Positions 41,766 through 56,617 of a stretch of DNA of 64,000 bases are shown here, piece by piece. The stretch spans positions 113,584,001 through 113,648,000 of the forward strand of contig OX597820.1 in the NCBI GenBank assembly GCA_951406725.2. Reading direction: 5' to 3'. Made by a program: the position numbers and the translations under genes. The DNA comes from Octopus vulgaris. Lineage: Eukaryota. Under the pieces are notes generated by a model that was given only the letters and a program-made list of their open reading frames with translations, searched no databases and was not told the origin of the DNA. Each line of letters opens with the position of its first letter. Positions within the stretch are counted from its first letter, which is position 1.

Positions 41766-42338
41766 GTAAGTACTACTTCAGCTTCCTTACACAATCCATG
41801 TTTTTTTGGTTTTTTTTTGCTTTGCTTACATTCGTTTTTGTTGTTTTTTTTAAACATTTATTTTTCAATATTTCGTGATCTTGTTCGTTTAACCCCAGGT
41901 CGGAACTGATCTAGCAGACTTATCTCTTTAAAAGCATGCCAACCGTGGCCACTCCGTCGTGTTATGGAAGATCACGTTGTCCAACTTGTCTTTTATATGT
42001 TTGTGATGGTAGGCTGAGATTTGACAAAGATTAGGCCGTTTTACTTAGGAGATCGCACGCAACCACTAAGACACTCCGTTGGTTCATGCTGTTATTTTCG
42101 GTTGATAATTTTTTTTAAATGGGGGGATGGGGTATTGTCGTTGTTGCTTTCCTTTTTCTTTTTTCTTTAGGGGTTCTCGTTGGTCCTTTAAACTTTTATT
42201 TATTTACGCTTTTTTTTCAAAATATAATTTTTATTAAAAATTAAAATTATTTGTAATACTGGTTTCAAATATTTGGCTAGCAACTTTGGGGTAGAGACTA
42301 AGTCCATTAAATGAACCCCAGTGTTCAAATGACACTTA

Positions 42339-42374
<36 letters not shown>

Positions 42375-44733
42375 CCTTTCTACTATAGGCACAAGGCCTG
42401 AAATTGTGAGGGAGGGGACTAGTCGATTACTTCAACTCCAGTTTTTCACTGATACTTAATTTATCGACCCCGAAAGGATGAAAGGCAAAGCTGAACACGG
42501 CGGGATTTGAACTCAGAACGTAAAGGCGGATGAAATGCCACTAAGAAATTTGTCCGGCAGGCTAACAACTCTGCCAGCTTGCCACCTTAAAAAGTATTTG
42601 TAATATTGATTTGGGCCCAAGGCCAGCGATTTCGGGAGTGGGGGTAAATCGATTATATCGACCCCAGTGCTGAACTGGAACGGATTGTATTGACCGCGAA
42701 GGATTTTATCGACCGCGAAGGTCGATTTCAACAATTAATTGCAATATTGGCATAAGGCAGACATTTGATAGGGTTGGGGTTAGCAGGCAGTATCAAGTCC
42801 ACTGCTTGGCTGCAACTTTATTTACTTTATTGACTTCAGAGGGCTTAAAGAAAAAAGATTGACGGAACTGCCGGAACATATACCTCAAGGCATTTCGTCC
42901 GGCGGTCAAACAATCCTGCTAATGCACTGCCTTTGTACTTTATAATAATTATTGCTGATTTAAGCACAAGGACAGCAATTTTGAAGGAAAGGGCTAAATC
43001 GATGCCATTGACCCTAATACTCAAATGGCACTTTATTTTATCGATCTCGAAAGGATGAACGACAAAGTTAACTTCGATTTGAATTCAGAACGTAAAGGTT
43101 CGGAGGTTCGGAAGAAATACCGCAAGGCACTTTTCCCGACGCTCTAACGATTCTGCCAGCTCACCACCTTAATAATAATAATAATAAGCACAAAACCTGA
43201 TATTTTGGGGGAAGAAGCTAAGTTGATTACATCGACCCCAACCTAAAGGGATGTAATGTAAAGTCGACCACGGTGGAATTTGAACTCAGAACGTAAAGAC
43301 GGGCGAAATACCGCTAAGTATTTTTCCCTGCGTGCTAACGGTTCTGCCAGCTCGTTTGTGCAGCATTCGGGATGACCGAGAGGTCTAGAGCGCAGCGTTC
43401 CGGTCACAATTCAGTTTTCCAGGCATAGGTTCCTATCCTGCATCCGACAACATCTGATGAGTAAGAGACTGGATGTTCATGTGAAAACAGCGATAAATAG
43501 TGTTTCTGGTGCTGTTTCTACATAAGGATTAATTACGTTAAGTGTGCAAGTGTTTGGAATATTCCACCACTTTTCATGCTAATTCAATGATCAGGTAGTC
43601 CGCTTGATTGAACGATTTGAACACTCACTGTCGAAACCGACGAAGATCCATTATGTTATACTACTGAGGTATGAAAGATGAGAGAAAAAAATTGATTATA
43701 TTGATCATGTTGATCTAGCACTTTTTAGGGCCGTTATTTTACCGTAGATTTAAAAACAATTTTTAGATTTTTTTAAAATTAAATTTTAGTTTTTAATTTT
43801 ACTATTGATGTATTAGAGAGGCCCAAGGTCTTTCATTTGGTGGAAATGTATAACAGATTATGCGCTGGGTCCTCATCTTCTTGGCGGAGACGTAGGGACG
43901 CCTTCATTACGTACGGCATGTCTTGGGCATGTTTTAGAGCGAGCAGCGCTCATTCCTCCCCAAACTTGACCAAACGATTTCTTGCAGAAGGAAGCCAGCC
44001 AGACTGGTAAGAAGTGAGAGACTGGTACTTTATCGATTTCGAAAGGATGAAAGACCTCAGCGAAATTTGAACTCAGTGCACTGAGGTCTGGAATGATTAT
44101 CTAAGGCCATTGGAAATAATTTTATCGATTTCGGTTTGATTAAAGTCAGTTTTCTGGTGATTTGAATTCAAAGCGTATGTGCCACTTCCACAACCCATTT
44201 AGATAATTAGAGATTTCAAAGTAAGAAAAAAATATTGAAGCGAGCCTTTGATTCCACAGTTTATTTCTTGGAAGTATTCCATCAATCCCAGGAGAATGAG
44301 ATGCGAAGTCGGCTCTGGTGGGATTTTAGCTTACAACTTAAAGAAACAGAACTGACTGCTGCTAGATATTAATGACACTCTGTGCTCTAACATTTATTCC
44401 AAACTACCACTTTGAGATTTTTTTTTATGTATACACCCTAACAGAACCTGTTATGTATACACCCTAACAGGACCTGTTGAGATTCCACGTGTTTTGCAGA
44501 TTTTTTTCATTTCAGTTTCGCAACAAATATTTAAAGACCTTCATTAAAAAGTTTCATTGCCATAAGCATATCTATTTATGTCTTCTATTTACTTCTATAA
44601 GTTTGTTTAAAACATAAAACTCAAACTTGTTTAATTATATTAAAGATTTCAATTATATCTTTGTTTGTGTTCCATAGTTAAGCTTCTTAAAGCGTAACAT
44701 TCAAATTTGTTTCATTATGTTAGATTTCCAGTT

Positions 44734-44775
<42 letters not shown>

Positions 44776-44821
44776 ACACACACACACATACACACACACA
44801 CACACACACATACACATATAT

Positions 44822-45415
44822 AGGGTCATACCAAAAATAATGCGTTTTTTTATTTATTGCATGAACTAAAAGTCGGAGGGAGACGGGATAAACTACCTGC
44901 ATCAATTTGCTATTAAAGCAGGTAGTAATGTTACCTTAATTTTATTCTTAGTGCAAGTTTTGAAGAGTGCACTTCGATTTTAACAGTTATTTTTTCCAAC
45001 TCTATAATGGATGTGACAAAAGAGCATATTCGGCATATTTTGTTTTATGAGTTCAATAAAGGCAATAACGGTATGGAAAGTGCGAGGAATATTAATGCAG
45101 TATGTGAGGATCAGAGAATAAGTGTAAGCCAGTGTCAACAGTGGTTCCATAAATTCCGAGCCGGAACTACAGCCTAGAAGATAAGCCTCATCCTGGAAGA
45201 TCTGTAGAGCTCGACGAGGACGTCCTGCAAACCCTGGTGGAACAAAATCCCATCGTAACTGTTGAGGAACTAGCAGAGAAGCTTGGATTTGGTCATTCAA
45301 CCATTCATCCACCTGAGTGATAAAGAAAAATGACCATTTTTGGTTTCAAGACTAAAGGCGTTCTTCCATCAGGATACTGCTCGGCCACATACACCGAGGA
45401 TGACATTCCAAAGGT
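44822..45415 (+). mobile_element. Internally deleted mariner transposon
   Basis: Left TIR after TA; MDVTKEHIRHILFYEFNKG, EDKPHPGRS..LVEQNP..ELAEKLG, then a jump to HQDTARPH. Confidence 0.85.
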
Positions 45416-45664
45416 TTATAATAATTAAAAAAATAGAAGAGACATACATCTGTGTGTCTTTGTGCCTGTGCATTCCTCCCACCACCGCCTGACAACCGAT
45501 GTTGGTAGGTTTACGTTCCCGTAACTTCACTGTTTGGGGAAAAGAGACCAATACAATAAGTAGTATGCTTTAAAAAAATTCTGGATTCGATTCGTTCGAC
45601 TCACAAGCCGCGAGTCTTTGGTATGGCAAGTAAACTGGGAGAGTGGCTGCATGACGCCCATAAA

Positions 45665-46545
45665 AGAAAAGAGTCGGGCAGTTGCAACCAATGGTGCCCC
45701 CTCTGAGAAAACACAAATTCTAAGTAGCGTCCCGAGGGAATTGTCTTGGAGCTTAACTGTTTATAATAGCTCTTTCAGACACGCCGATGGTCACTCAGAC
45801 AGCTACTGTCACTAGCTACGCCGATGATACAAAATTATTTCAGGCAATAAAGCATCCAGACGATGTCGCAAGCTTACAGCGGGACCTGAATGCAATAAAC
45901 AAGTGAACTGAAGTAAACAATATGCAGTTTAATGCTGGAAAATTTAAAGTACTGCGCTATCAGCTTACAATTGCACCGCAACCTGCATACACAGGACCCA
46001 AAGTCACTACAATCCCAGAGTCGTTGGCAGCTTTGGAGATCAGTATGAGTAATGATCCATCATTTCATACGCACATTACCAAGATAGCAACAAAGTTGAT
46101 ACAACTGGCAGGATGGATGCTAAGATTTTTCAAGATAAGATACCAAGAAGTTATGGTGACCCTGTAGAGGGCCTTTGTTCTCAGCCAACTAGACCATTGC
46201 TCTCAGCTATGGTAACCTCATAATGCCAAGCTAACAGCGGAGCTTGAAGCGGTCCAACGTCATTACACTAAAAAGATTGTAACAGTGCAGCAGATGCGCT
46301 GCAGGGAGAGGCTGAAAAAATACAATTTCACTCCCGGGAGCAAAGACGGGACGGATATGCAATATCTACATATGGAAGAGCTAGCATCTAACTTCGGCAT
46401 CAAGTGTGAATTTGTCTGTGTTAAATACTCGAATTGGACGCTTTTGTATTGTACCTATTTAAATTCAGGATCAGGTACTGCAACAGCTTATGGTTCAAAG
46501 GTCCATAGCTCTTCAATACCCTGTCACAAAAGTGTAGAAACCTGG
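45665..46545 (+). mobile_element. CR1/Jockey-like LINE RT fragment
   Basis: YADDTKLFQAI, LQRDLNAI, MQFNAGKFKVL, LEAVQRHYTK. Confidence 0.8.
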
Positions 46546-47222
46546 TCGTCAGTCATTTTGTAAAGGCGCATGGCTCGGTTGTTAGAGCGTCGGGCTCACA
46601 ATCATGAGATAGTGAGTTCCATTTATCGTCCGGGCTGTGTGTTTTGTTCTTGAACAAGACACTTTATTTCACGTTGATCCAGTTCATTCAGCTGTTGAAA
46701 TGAGTTGCGATATCACTGGTGCCAAGCTGTATCGGCCTTTGTTCTTTCCTTTGGATAACATCAGTGGTGTGGATAGGGGAGGCTGGTATGCATGGGCGAC
46801 TGCTGGCATTCCATAAACAACATTGCCCGAACTTGTCCCACGGTCATTCGTGACCAAAGGGGATCTTTACGCAATGTGGACGTGAATGTCTTCAAAAAGA
46901 ACTAGACATTCTCCTCTCCACAATACTCGATGAATCAACAGCCCGACATGAAGAACAGATGAGGGCAGTGGTGTTATACACCTCATACACCAAAAGGAGA
47001 TCAAAGACACATACAGGGGTGGTGATGTGAAACTCCGCCACCCTAAAGAAATCAGCCAAAGAAGAAATGTACCTAAAGGTACAAAATCACAGTGATGCCC
47101 CAGCATGACCGTAGCTGCATAGCTGAAACGAATAAAAGAATTTGTGTGTGCGTGTGTGAATGTATGTATGTATGTATGTACATTTATGCATACATGTATT
47201 TGTACACATGCACCATACATAC

Positions 47223-47270
<48 letters not shown>

Positions 47271-47451
47271 GTTCTTAATCCTTTATCATTTGGCGGAAAT
47301 CCGTCCTAGGTAGAAGATTAAGAAACGGGGTACGTGGAGATTTCAGATTTAAACCCTGTAGATATGAACATTATCAAACTTGCTTTAACTGGTATCACAA
47401 TCATTCAAGTTCAGTAACGTCTGCTCTTACTGATATCAAAACAGTCGTCGC

Positions 47452-47503
<52 letters not shown>

Positions 47504-47615
47504 TGTGATTCACTTCTAGTTTTTATTTATAAGTGAATCACAACCAGCAGGTGTGTTCCTAGGCTTTAATATGACTCAACCACATTGTGATATTATGCAC
47601 ACACACACGTATATG

Positions 47616-47652
<37 letters not shown>

Positions 47653-47843
47653 ATATATAATAAAGGATAAATTTAATTAATTAATTAATAATTAATAATT
47701 CCATCAAGTAGTATTCGGCATGTTAAAAGGACCATTTACGGTAAACTTTTCTTGCCAAAGCCTAATTATAATTGTATTCATAATTATAAAAAATATTATG
47801 TGTGTGTGTGTTTGCGTACGTACGTATGTAAATATGTATATCT

Positions 47844-47887
<44 letters not shown>

Positions 47888-47894
47888 ACACATA

Positions 47895-48433
47895 TGTTCG
47901 TCTGTCGAAGCGATGAGGACCATCTAGTTATCCTTAAGGATGACAGAACTTGTGCGCACCATCAATGTCACTCTCTCGTCCGTGACCATCTTTAAACCAG
48001 TGGCAAGACCAGGTCAAGATGACAGAGGATGAAGACGGATGCAATGGATTACCAAGATGGTTCATTTGCCTCCTGCTGCTGTTGAGCGAACGGTCTTCGT
48101 CCCAGAGCTCGCAAGATAGAAGTCCGAAACGTGGTCCTTTGCAATTCGTAAGACCCGCAGAAGAGAGAGCAGGTCAACCCCCGACACCGAGAGCATCGAC
48201 GGATGGATGAATGCGCGTCCAGGCTCAGCGGTTGCGTAGGAAGTCGGGGACAAGAAACAGGAAGAAAGAGTGAGAGAAAGTTGGGGCGAAAGAGTACGAC
48301 AGGGGTCGCCACCACCCACTGCCGGAGCCTCGTGGAGCTTTAGGTGTTTTCGCTCAATAAACACACACAACGCCCGGTTTGGGAATCGAAACCGCGAGTC
48401 CATTGCCCTAACCACTGGGCCATTGCGCCTCCA
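47895..48433 (-). mobile_element. Family C SINE with a long third type of tail
   Basis: The head 48250-48433 matches 22724; the tail is unrelated to those of the other copies. Confidence 0.7.
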
Positions 48434-49427
48434 TTGCTGTTGCTGCTGCTCGCAGCATTCCACGATGCATTCGTGAAGCCGGCTTCCTCTCCGTTCAACC
48501 ATCAAAGTTTCTTCCTCAGAGACCGTCAGATCCAGCCTTCACATACCTAAGTAGATAAGCGCTGACAAGTAGTGCAATTCGGAATCAGAATCGACCTGGG
48601 GATAATCGTGGCTAAGAGGTGATTCTATACGCTTCGAAATCCTGAAACTCCCGAACAAAGGTTTCCCTATCGGATACAGTTTAAACTCACACACACACAC
48701 ATAAATATATGTGTTTATATGTGTTACGTATGCCACTATTAAAGCTTAATTCCTAATCTAGCGAGAAAGGACAAAACTTATTCCATCTACAGATCTATCT
48801 CTCCCTAGAGTGATGGGGTCGATGTCGTCGATTCATTTTGAACTTTCATAGGAAAATGTAACGTTGTACCGAGCTTTGGAGTTCCGGAGAAGAAGGATTG
48901 GGTAGTTTTCAAGATGGTGTGCAATTGGGATGTTGTTGAAATCACAAGAAGAGGGGAGTCAAGTACACCAGGTAATTAAAAAAAAAGACAGGATGGTTAC
49001 AGTTGGAACGTTATTAATCATATATTTACTGGAATATTACACGCCAGAAATACGACGTAACGTATGGCATGTTAGAAATAGCAGCCAAAATATCCTCTAT
49101 ATCTAACCCTACTACCTTAAAAGATGGAAGCTCTATTATTTTTTTATATATACTGTGAAGAAAAATGACAAGAGAATCATGTCTTGTAGACCTTTGAAAG
49201 GATGTCTAATGGTCTCGGTCTGGTTAAATCAGGTCTTACCTAGGGTTAAACAATGATAACAATAACAACAGCATTAGTAATATGACCATGATCCCATCTC
49301 CCGAACAGAATTAAGAATGAAATCAAACATATAATTAATACAGAAATGTAAACGAATATTAATGATGGAAACACTCCTGTATTTCCGATTCGTAAAAAGG
49401 GGGCAACTACATGTACATATACTTCAC

Positions 49428-49471
<44 letters not shown>

Positions 49472-49784
49472 GGTGTCATAATTATTAGATTTATAGTGAA
49501 GCTCCTGCTGTGTTTTGAACCATCGCGCTCAGGTTCCCCAGCTCAGGACCATGGCCTACAAATACTGCCATAAAGGACAAGGCTAGAAATGAAAAATTAT
49601 TTCTGCCACCATATAAGTCATTAAAACTTACGCGAACACGGCTCAACCAATCAAATCGCTTGGTGTGTAACCCAGTGAGCTCAAATCTTCCCGCCAAATA
49701 GTCTGGTCTATGTTGCCCTGCCCTGTGAAATGGTTTTTTAGCTTCCTTCTGCTATTCTTTACAGAACAACCTATGACACTAATT

Positions 49785-49995
49785 CTGCTCATGACCAGAG
49801 ATGCACATATCGTCAGCCACTAAAGGAGATGCTCAACTGGTTAAGGTCAAGCAACTGACAAGCAAATCTGTGGTATTGAGCAGAATATTTGTTGTAGCCC
49901 ATCTTTTATAGGAAAGCAAAACATATACATGATAACACTTCCAATCAGTTAAGATCAGAAGCCATGAGAGCCACTGCTTGGTACTGCATCAGGGC

Positions 49996-50038
<43 letters not shown>

Positions 50039-50090
50039 GTTATTATTATTATTACTATTGTTATTATTATTATTATTATCATCATCATCA
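49785..50090 (+). mobile_element. Short retroposon tail with (ATT)n
   Basis: GC-balanced segment ending directly in an (ATT)n/(ATC)n array. Confidence 0.45.
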
Positions 50091-50364
50091 TTATACTGGA
50101 TTTTATAAGTCAAAAACAAAATAGAGACAGAGGGAAAGGAATTTGAGGATTTCATCCTCAAAACCCCAAAGACAAATGTTGTCAGACGTTTATAAAACTA
50201 TAATAGAAAAATCCCCAGGTAGAGTGGAGATTTTTTTAAAATCTGTTAGTGAGAGGCTGTTGGAAGGGCCTATTAAAACATTTTCGCCAGTAGAGAGGCC
50301 CGGAACTTCCGGGCTTTTCGAAAATCAAGGTGAGTAACCTCCTCCTTTTCTTTCTCCAACTAGC

Positions 50365-53300
50365 ATGGCTGTGCTGAGAATGGAGTGTATGAATGTGCAT
50401 GGCCTGGGATCAGCTTAGAGGCAAGGTCTCTTTCTCAATGATCTCAAGTCACTTGATTTGGATGTAGCTACCATTAGCGAAATAAGGATCTCCAGAAAAC
50501 ACGCTCTAGCATTCATTTTCGAGGACTGCGATGTATTCTCATGTTGTAGTCTATCAGGATCGGGTGGCGGTGTAGCAGTGCTACTCCGGAAATCCTTAAA
50601 TCTCCAAGTACAGGCTATCTTCCTGGACATGAATGGCAGCGAAGGTACCGCCTTTAGATTGGTGACGGTTTATGCCCCAAGAGTGGGGTGGAAGGGAATG
50701 CAAAAGCCTCGAAAACCTGCTCAGGACTTTCCAGCTTTCTGACAGGCACCGACTGGATTTCTCTGATGTGCCAGTTTGGTCATCCAGGTCGTATTTAGGT
50801 AGAGTTTGGTTATCCACAATTTGAATTGGTCGGCTACACAGATCACAAATTTGTGATATGCTGAGTCGATTTAGATAGGACCCGTAAACAGGGACCTGAT
50901 TACTGGAAATTGAATGCGTCCTTACAGGCTCGCAAAGACTTCAGGGACCAGATTAGCAAATTGGTTAAGCGGCAGTTGACGGGGGCTATTGTCAACAACC
51001 GTTGGTGGATCGCTCTAAAGAGATCGATTAGAGTAGAATCGTTAGCATTTAGCAAAGATTTAGAAATAGAAAGAAATAGATTAGAGGGAGAACTAGTTAT
51101 CAAACTAGAAGAGACATCGCGACCGACGTATAAGTGGCGAGAATGACGAAGGAACTAAAGCCGTTCTATGGGCCCGAATGGTAGAGGCGACGTGAAAACA
51201 AAACCACGATCAGGACAGACGAGGGCTACTCGTGTCGAGGCATATATGCGCGGCTTTCTAGCATCACTTTGCGCAGCTGTTTGGGGAGGGTCATGGGTCG
51301 ACGACGGTAGCGAACTTTACTTTGTACCTAGACGGCCTACAACAGCTCTCGGTGACGGACGCGAGATTCTGCGAAAAGCCGATTACAGCCTCTGAAATAC
51401 GGGAGGCGATGAGCGATTGCACAAGTTACAAATCACCCGATTTAGATGGTCTGCCCTACGAATTCTATTCATGCCAGATTTGCTTGGCAGCCTCTTGGCA
51501 GATGTCTACAGTAACTAGCAGCAGAACGGGAGAATTCCTTGCAGTTAGCCAGGGCGTAGTAACACTGCTGAGAAAGGACGCCCACAATGGGGACATGCTA
51601 GGAAATTTTCAGCCTATAACTCTGCTAGACACAGAGTTTAAGATTCTGGCCAAGGTTTTAGGGAAAAGGTTGGTGCTTGTCTTTGGTAGTCTGGTCGGGG
51701 AGGCACAAACGTGCACAATCCCGAGCAGTTCTATCCACGACAACCTCCACCTTATGCGATACATCGTAGAGAGGTCTGAAACTAAAGCTGGCTTCGGTGG
51801 GGCCCTAATCAATTTAGATCAGTCGAAAGCTTTCGATATGGTAGGCCATCGCTACTTGGAAGCCGTCCTTAAAGCGGTCGATTTCAGACCCGTTTTCAGA
51901 GGATAGACTGCTGCAATGCACAGCGGCACTTGTTCGGTGGTCAAAGTAAATGGCCACCTATCGGAACCGTTTAGTATCACACGTTTGGTCCGTCAAGGCT
52001 GCCCACTGTCACCTCTTCTATATGTGCTGACTCTCGATCCACTGCTGCGGAAGTTGGAGCAGTTAAGTGACCTTCCTTTCAAAATCGAACTCAGGAGGGC
52101 AGTGTCTGCATACGCGGGCGACGTCCCCGCCATGGTGTCGGACACCTCCAAAGTGAAGGCAATTGGCTCCATTGTAAAGGAATATGAGTCGGCTGCAGGG
52201 GTTAAAATCAATGCCGACAGGTCGGTGGCATTGTGACTGGGCATCTGGGGAGGCAGATTGATTTCTGTCGGATGGCGTCGTCGGACGCTGGACTGACAGA
52301 CCAGTTAAACCGCTTGAGTTTTGGTTTGGTCACGCCCTCCAGGTGGATAAGAATTGGGAAGAGATGACGAACAGGGTGGCCTCTCTTACCCAGAAATGGA
52401 CAGAGAGGAAGTTGTCCATGAAAAGTCGAGCAGAGGTGGTGAATGCTAACATCACCTCTGTCATTATTTATCGTCTGATAAATAATGGTTCAGTAACTGC
52501 CTTGGTTCAGTTACTGCTTGATTAGATTGGAGCGTATCCTGTTTACTTTCTTAGGTATTCCATGGCTTTTAATGCCCAGACACGTACTCAGGTTGCACTA
52601 CCTGCAGCGATTTTAAGAAGGTGAACGTGTGTGAGCTCCGTTTGTGAGACACGCCTTTCCGCAGCTCGTCTCCTTGACGGATCTGCAGTCCTGGGTAAAG
52701 GATAAGCCGAAACTGGACACTTAGAATGACGTCAGGCGCTCACTGTCCTCTACAAAATGGACAATAGGATCGGTGGATGTTCCACTTTAGGTATTTACAG
52801 AGGATTAGTGGCGGGGAAGAGGGACGACGTCCTCGGGGAGACCCTAGGCGTCGACGAAGACGAACTGGCAAGTCTATTCTAGAGTATTTTCTGGTCGGGG
52901 ACTGTTATGGATAATTTCCAGATGTCTTTGGCCTGGCAGTGCTACCGGGAGGCGCTACAGTTCGAGATAAACTTTAGAGGCACAGATCAGCCGTCAGACG
53001 GGTTTGTCCGAGGTGCTCGCAGAGCAACGAAACCGTTCTGCATGCACTCGTTCAGTGTCCAGGCATTGCTGACTTTTCGGGTTATGTCCAACAGCTGCTG
53101 TCGCATATAGGACAGATCCATTTATCAATCGATTCCATAATGATAATTACCCCGCTGCCCTCCTTTAATCGGGCTGGCAAAGCGGTTTTCCTTTGTCTGG
53201 TGGCTGTGGCGAAAAAGGCTATCTGGCGGACAAGGCTGAAAGGAATGAGGACAGAAACGTTCCTCTTTGGTAAAGCCCTCATCGACTTTTTTCAAGTTTC

Positions 53301-53745
53301 ATTTGAAAAGGAAAATGAGGGTGGAGAGGGGGTGCTGTCCTCGGGTTAATTTATGAAAAGGTGGGTGAAAGTTGCGAAAATCGCAAGAGTGGATGGTACC
53401 ACTCTCACTGTAGACCGGGGAACCTGAAGAAATAAGTTGGAGAGGGCTCTCGTCTTTGATATTCAGGGTGATCTTGGGTGGTGGTGTTCCTTGACTATCC
53501 CTAGAGGTCCTCCTGTATCAGAGGGATCCTATCACAATCACTCCCAACCCGCCTCTTTTTCTAGTGTTGTATACTATGTATACTTCCCTTCTTCTAATGT
53601 ATACCGTGTATAATTTTTATTTTATCATTCCGTTCTATGTAAACTCCCACACTTTATGTCTGTCTTTCTATTGTCCCCCTCATCCTTCACCCTGATGGCA
53701 AATAAATGAAATCATTATTATCATCATCATCACCATCATCATCAT
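50365..53745 (+). mobile_element. Tx1/L1-clade LINE ORF2 (APE plus RT), degraded, with 3' UTR and (ATC)n tail
   Basis: MNVHGL, YWKLNASL, KSPDLDGLPYEFY, FQPITLLDTEFKILAK, LDQSKAFD, VRQGCPLSPLLY, AYAGDV (decayed YADD). Confidence 0.9.
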
Positions 53746-54548
53746 CACTTTTCGCCATCCTTTCTATCCTTCAACTCTACAAGTTTACTCTGCCTCAGCT
53801 CGATCTTTCCTCCCTAGTGACGGAGGGCACCTTTAAGGGGTTGTGTTAAGGAGCAGAAGTTGAAATTTGTAATACGGGTGCGATAAAACACAAATTGAAC
53901 AAAGTTATCTGCTAAAATTGTTGATGACAGAAAAGAATGTCTTAACAGAAGAAGAATGGGGCCGAGATGCTGGTGGTGGAGATGGGGATGAGACTGTTAC
54001 TGAGGGGTGGTTGTGAGAGATGGGGAGGAAGTTGACGGAGGGTGGAAAGATATGAGTAACGGTGCCTTTGTGATGTGAGGTGGTGAGGTCCGGTGTTTTG
54101 TAGGGGGTGGGGAAGGATAATAGAATTTGTAGGATAAGGTAGAGGTGGGGGATAAAAGAGGTGGGAAGCTGAGGAATAACGGTTGGGGTGGAAGGAGCAA
54201 GTGAGAAGAGAAGAAAGATAAAGGGGTGATAGGAAAGGTAAACACGGTGATGTTGGTGATGGTAGTGGTGGTGGTGGTGATGATGGTGGTAGTGGTGGTG
54301 GTGATGGTTTTACTGATGATGATGATGATTAAAAGATGAATAATAATGAGAAATCTCACGTTGATAACTTAATTGAAAGAGCAGATTTATGGTGGGTTGT
54401 TCTGAGATATATTAGAATGTTCGGGTGCTGGGTTGATAATTCGGCAGGGTGGCTGGAGAAGGAACGCACAAATACGCTCACATACATATATTTGTGTGTG
54501 CATATATACACATATATAATACACACACACACACACACAGATACGCAC

Positions 54549-54610
<62 letters not shown>

Positions 54611-54948
54611 TTATGCATGTATATATGTATGCATAAACACATACATACTGAGCAAGATAAAGGCAGGCAGATGCATGCATAAAGTTATTCAGTATAGGAA
54701 TGTACGTATTGATATATGTAATATAAACAGATACATACATGCATGCATAGATGTAGATTGACAGGCAGAGAGCCAGGCAGGCATCCAGCCAGACAGGCAT
54801 GTATACATACACCGGGTATATATTTAACCGGATGGTTCGATAGATAGGTTGTTTTCCTGATGCGATAGAGAAGCATATCCATATAACGATAAAAAGATTA
54901 AATATGTAGGTATGTACGTATGTATATTTTACACACAAACACACACAT

Positions 54949-55072
<124 letters not shown>

Positions 55073-56322
55073 GTAGGTAGGTAGGTAGGTAGGTAGGTAG
55101 GTAGGTACACAAATGTCTCGGGAACAGGTAAGGGGTGGTTGGATAGGTAGGTGTTTTGTATGTAGAGTAGATAAGAATGAAAGAGTAAAAATTGGGTCGA
55201 CAGACAGATACCAAAAAAAATAGATAAAAAATATAAGAAGGAAGAAAACGAAAGAAATAAAAGAAAAAAAGGAGGAGAAATAGCAGAATGCAAAATATTC
55301 GAAGGTGAGAATATTCAAGGAAACTGGTAAATGTATGAGGAAAGAGAATGAGAAGCAAAACCGAAATAAATTATACAAAGACTACATTAATGAGTATTGA
55401 AGAGAAGAAAATGAAAGAGTTCAGGAACAAAGCGAAGATGTTGTTTGGAATTGATTTAAAATTTTTTGCCAGATGCGTTATACGGTATTTTGCCAGACAG
55501 GTTGTTCGGTATTTTGACCAATAAAAAGGTTTTGACGCATTGAATCCACAGTGAAGATAGCTGTGGTGGATTGGAAGGAAAACCACTATGTAAGGCAAGC
55601 GGTTTCAACATTTCAAGCGCTTCCATATTTGTTCAGCCACATACTGTCTATATCAAACCCCAGCGCTTCTCACAATCACAGACTCTTTATATCAATCAAA
55701 CCGCAAATGCTTTCAAGATTCGTTCACTCACCACATTGTTTATATAAACCAAACGACAAGCGCTGCCATATTCACTCAGAAGGTGAGCAGAATGAAATCG
55801 TTCAAAATAGTAGGTTATTATTGGTGTCTTAAACTTCAAGTCGGCCTCTAAAAGACCTCTAGCACTGACCAACACACAATCCGGTACTTTAAAAGTTAGA
55901 CCTATTCTGGGATATATTGAGGCGCCGATTCCAAAAATACTAGCTGTTTTGCACAATTAGCTGTAGGTTGTTTTGAGATGCAGCATACCTCTTTATATGT
56001 TGACATGTACACTCGTGCACTAAGATTGGGACCCAGTTACCCGTTGCAGCTACTTTTTGGGGTGCTGATTCCAAAAATGGTGGCATGTTCTCTTCTATAA
56101 TTTATATGCTATTTTGATATAAAAATAATAGCAACATTAATGCTATTAATATATTACATGTTATCAAAACAGCCACATGTTTCTTAGTTTATTTCAGTAC
56201 ATAAAAAAAAAGTTTAGAATAAAATTAGGAACAAAATATGGTGTTTGTCTTAGCTACTTAAACAGTAAATACTCTCGACTGAATACGTTAAAACATAAAG
56301 GGGGGTGTTTTTGATGCTTTTC

Positions 56323-56616
56323 GTGCGTGCGTGGGATATAATCTAATGTATGTCTGCAAGAAAAAAGTTCGAAAGTGGAATAAATCATTTCGTTATGAAG
56401 AAGAGACGTATCATTTTTTGGATTATATCCTTCGTCAGATACAGACGAAATATTTACTAGTGATAATTTGCATCATTCAGAAAAGAAAAAAGAGTAAATA
56501 TTCCGTCTGTATCTGACGAAGGACTCAATCCAAAAAATGATATTTCTCTTCTTCCTTACAAAATAATTTATTCCACTTTCGAACTTTTTCTTCCATTACA
56601 TTATATCACACGCACA
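56323..56616. repeat. Fold-back element (about 130-bp arms) with degenerate hammerhead cores
   Basis: 56323-56458 pairs with 56493-56616; each arm carries GTAT-CTGACGA-A-GGA(n5)TCC-aAAA. Confidence 0.8.
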
Positions 56617-56617
56617 C

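Noticed and set aside
43449-43490. CTGATGAG motif
   Set aside because: No correctly placed GAAA or stem III.
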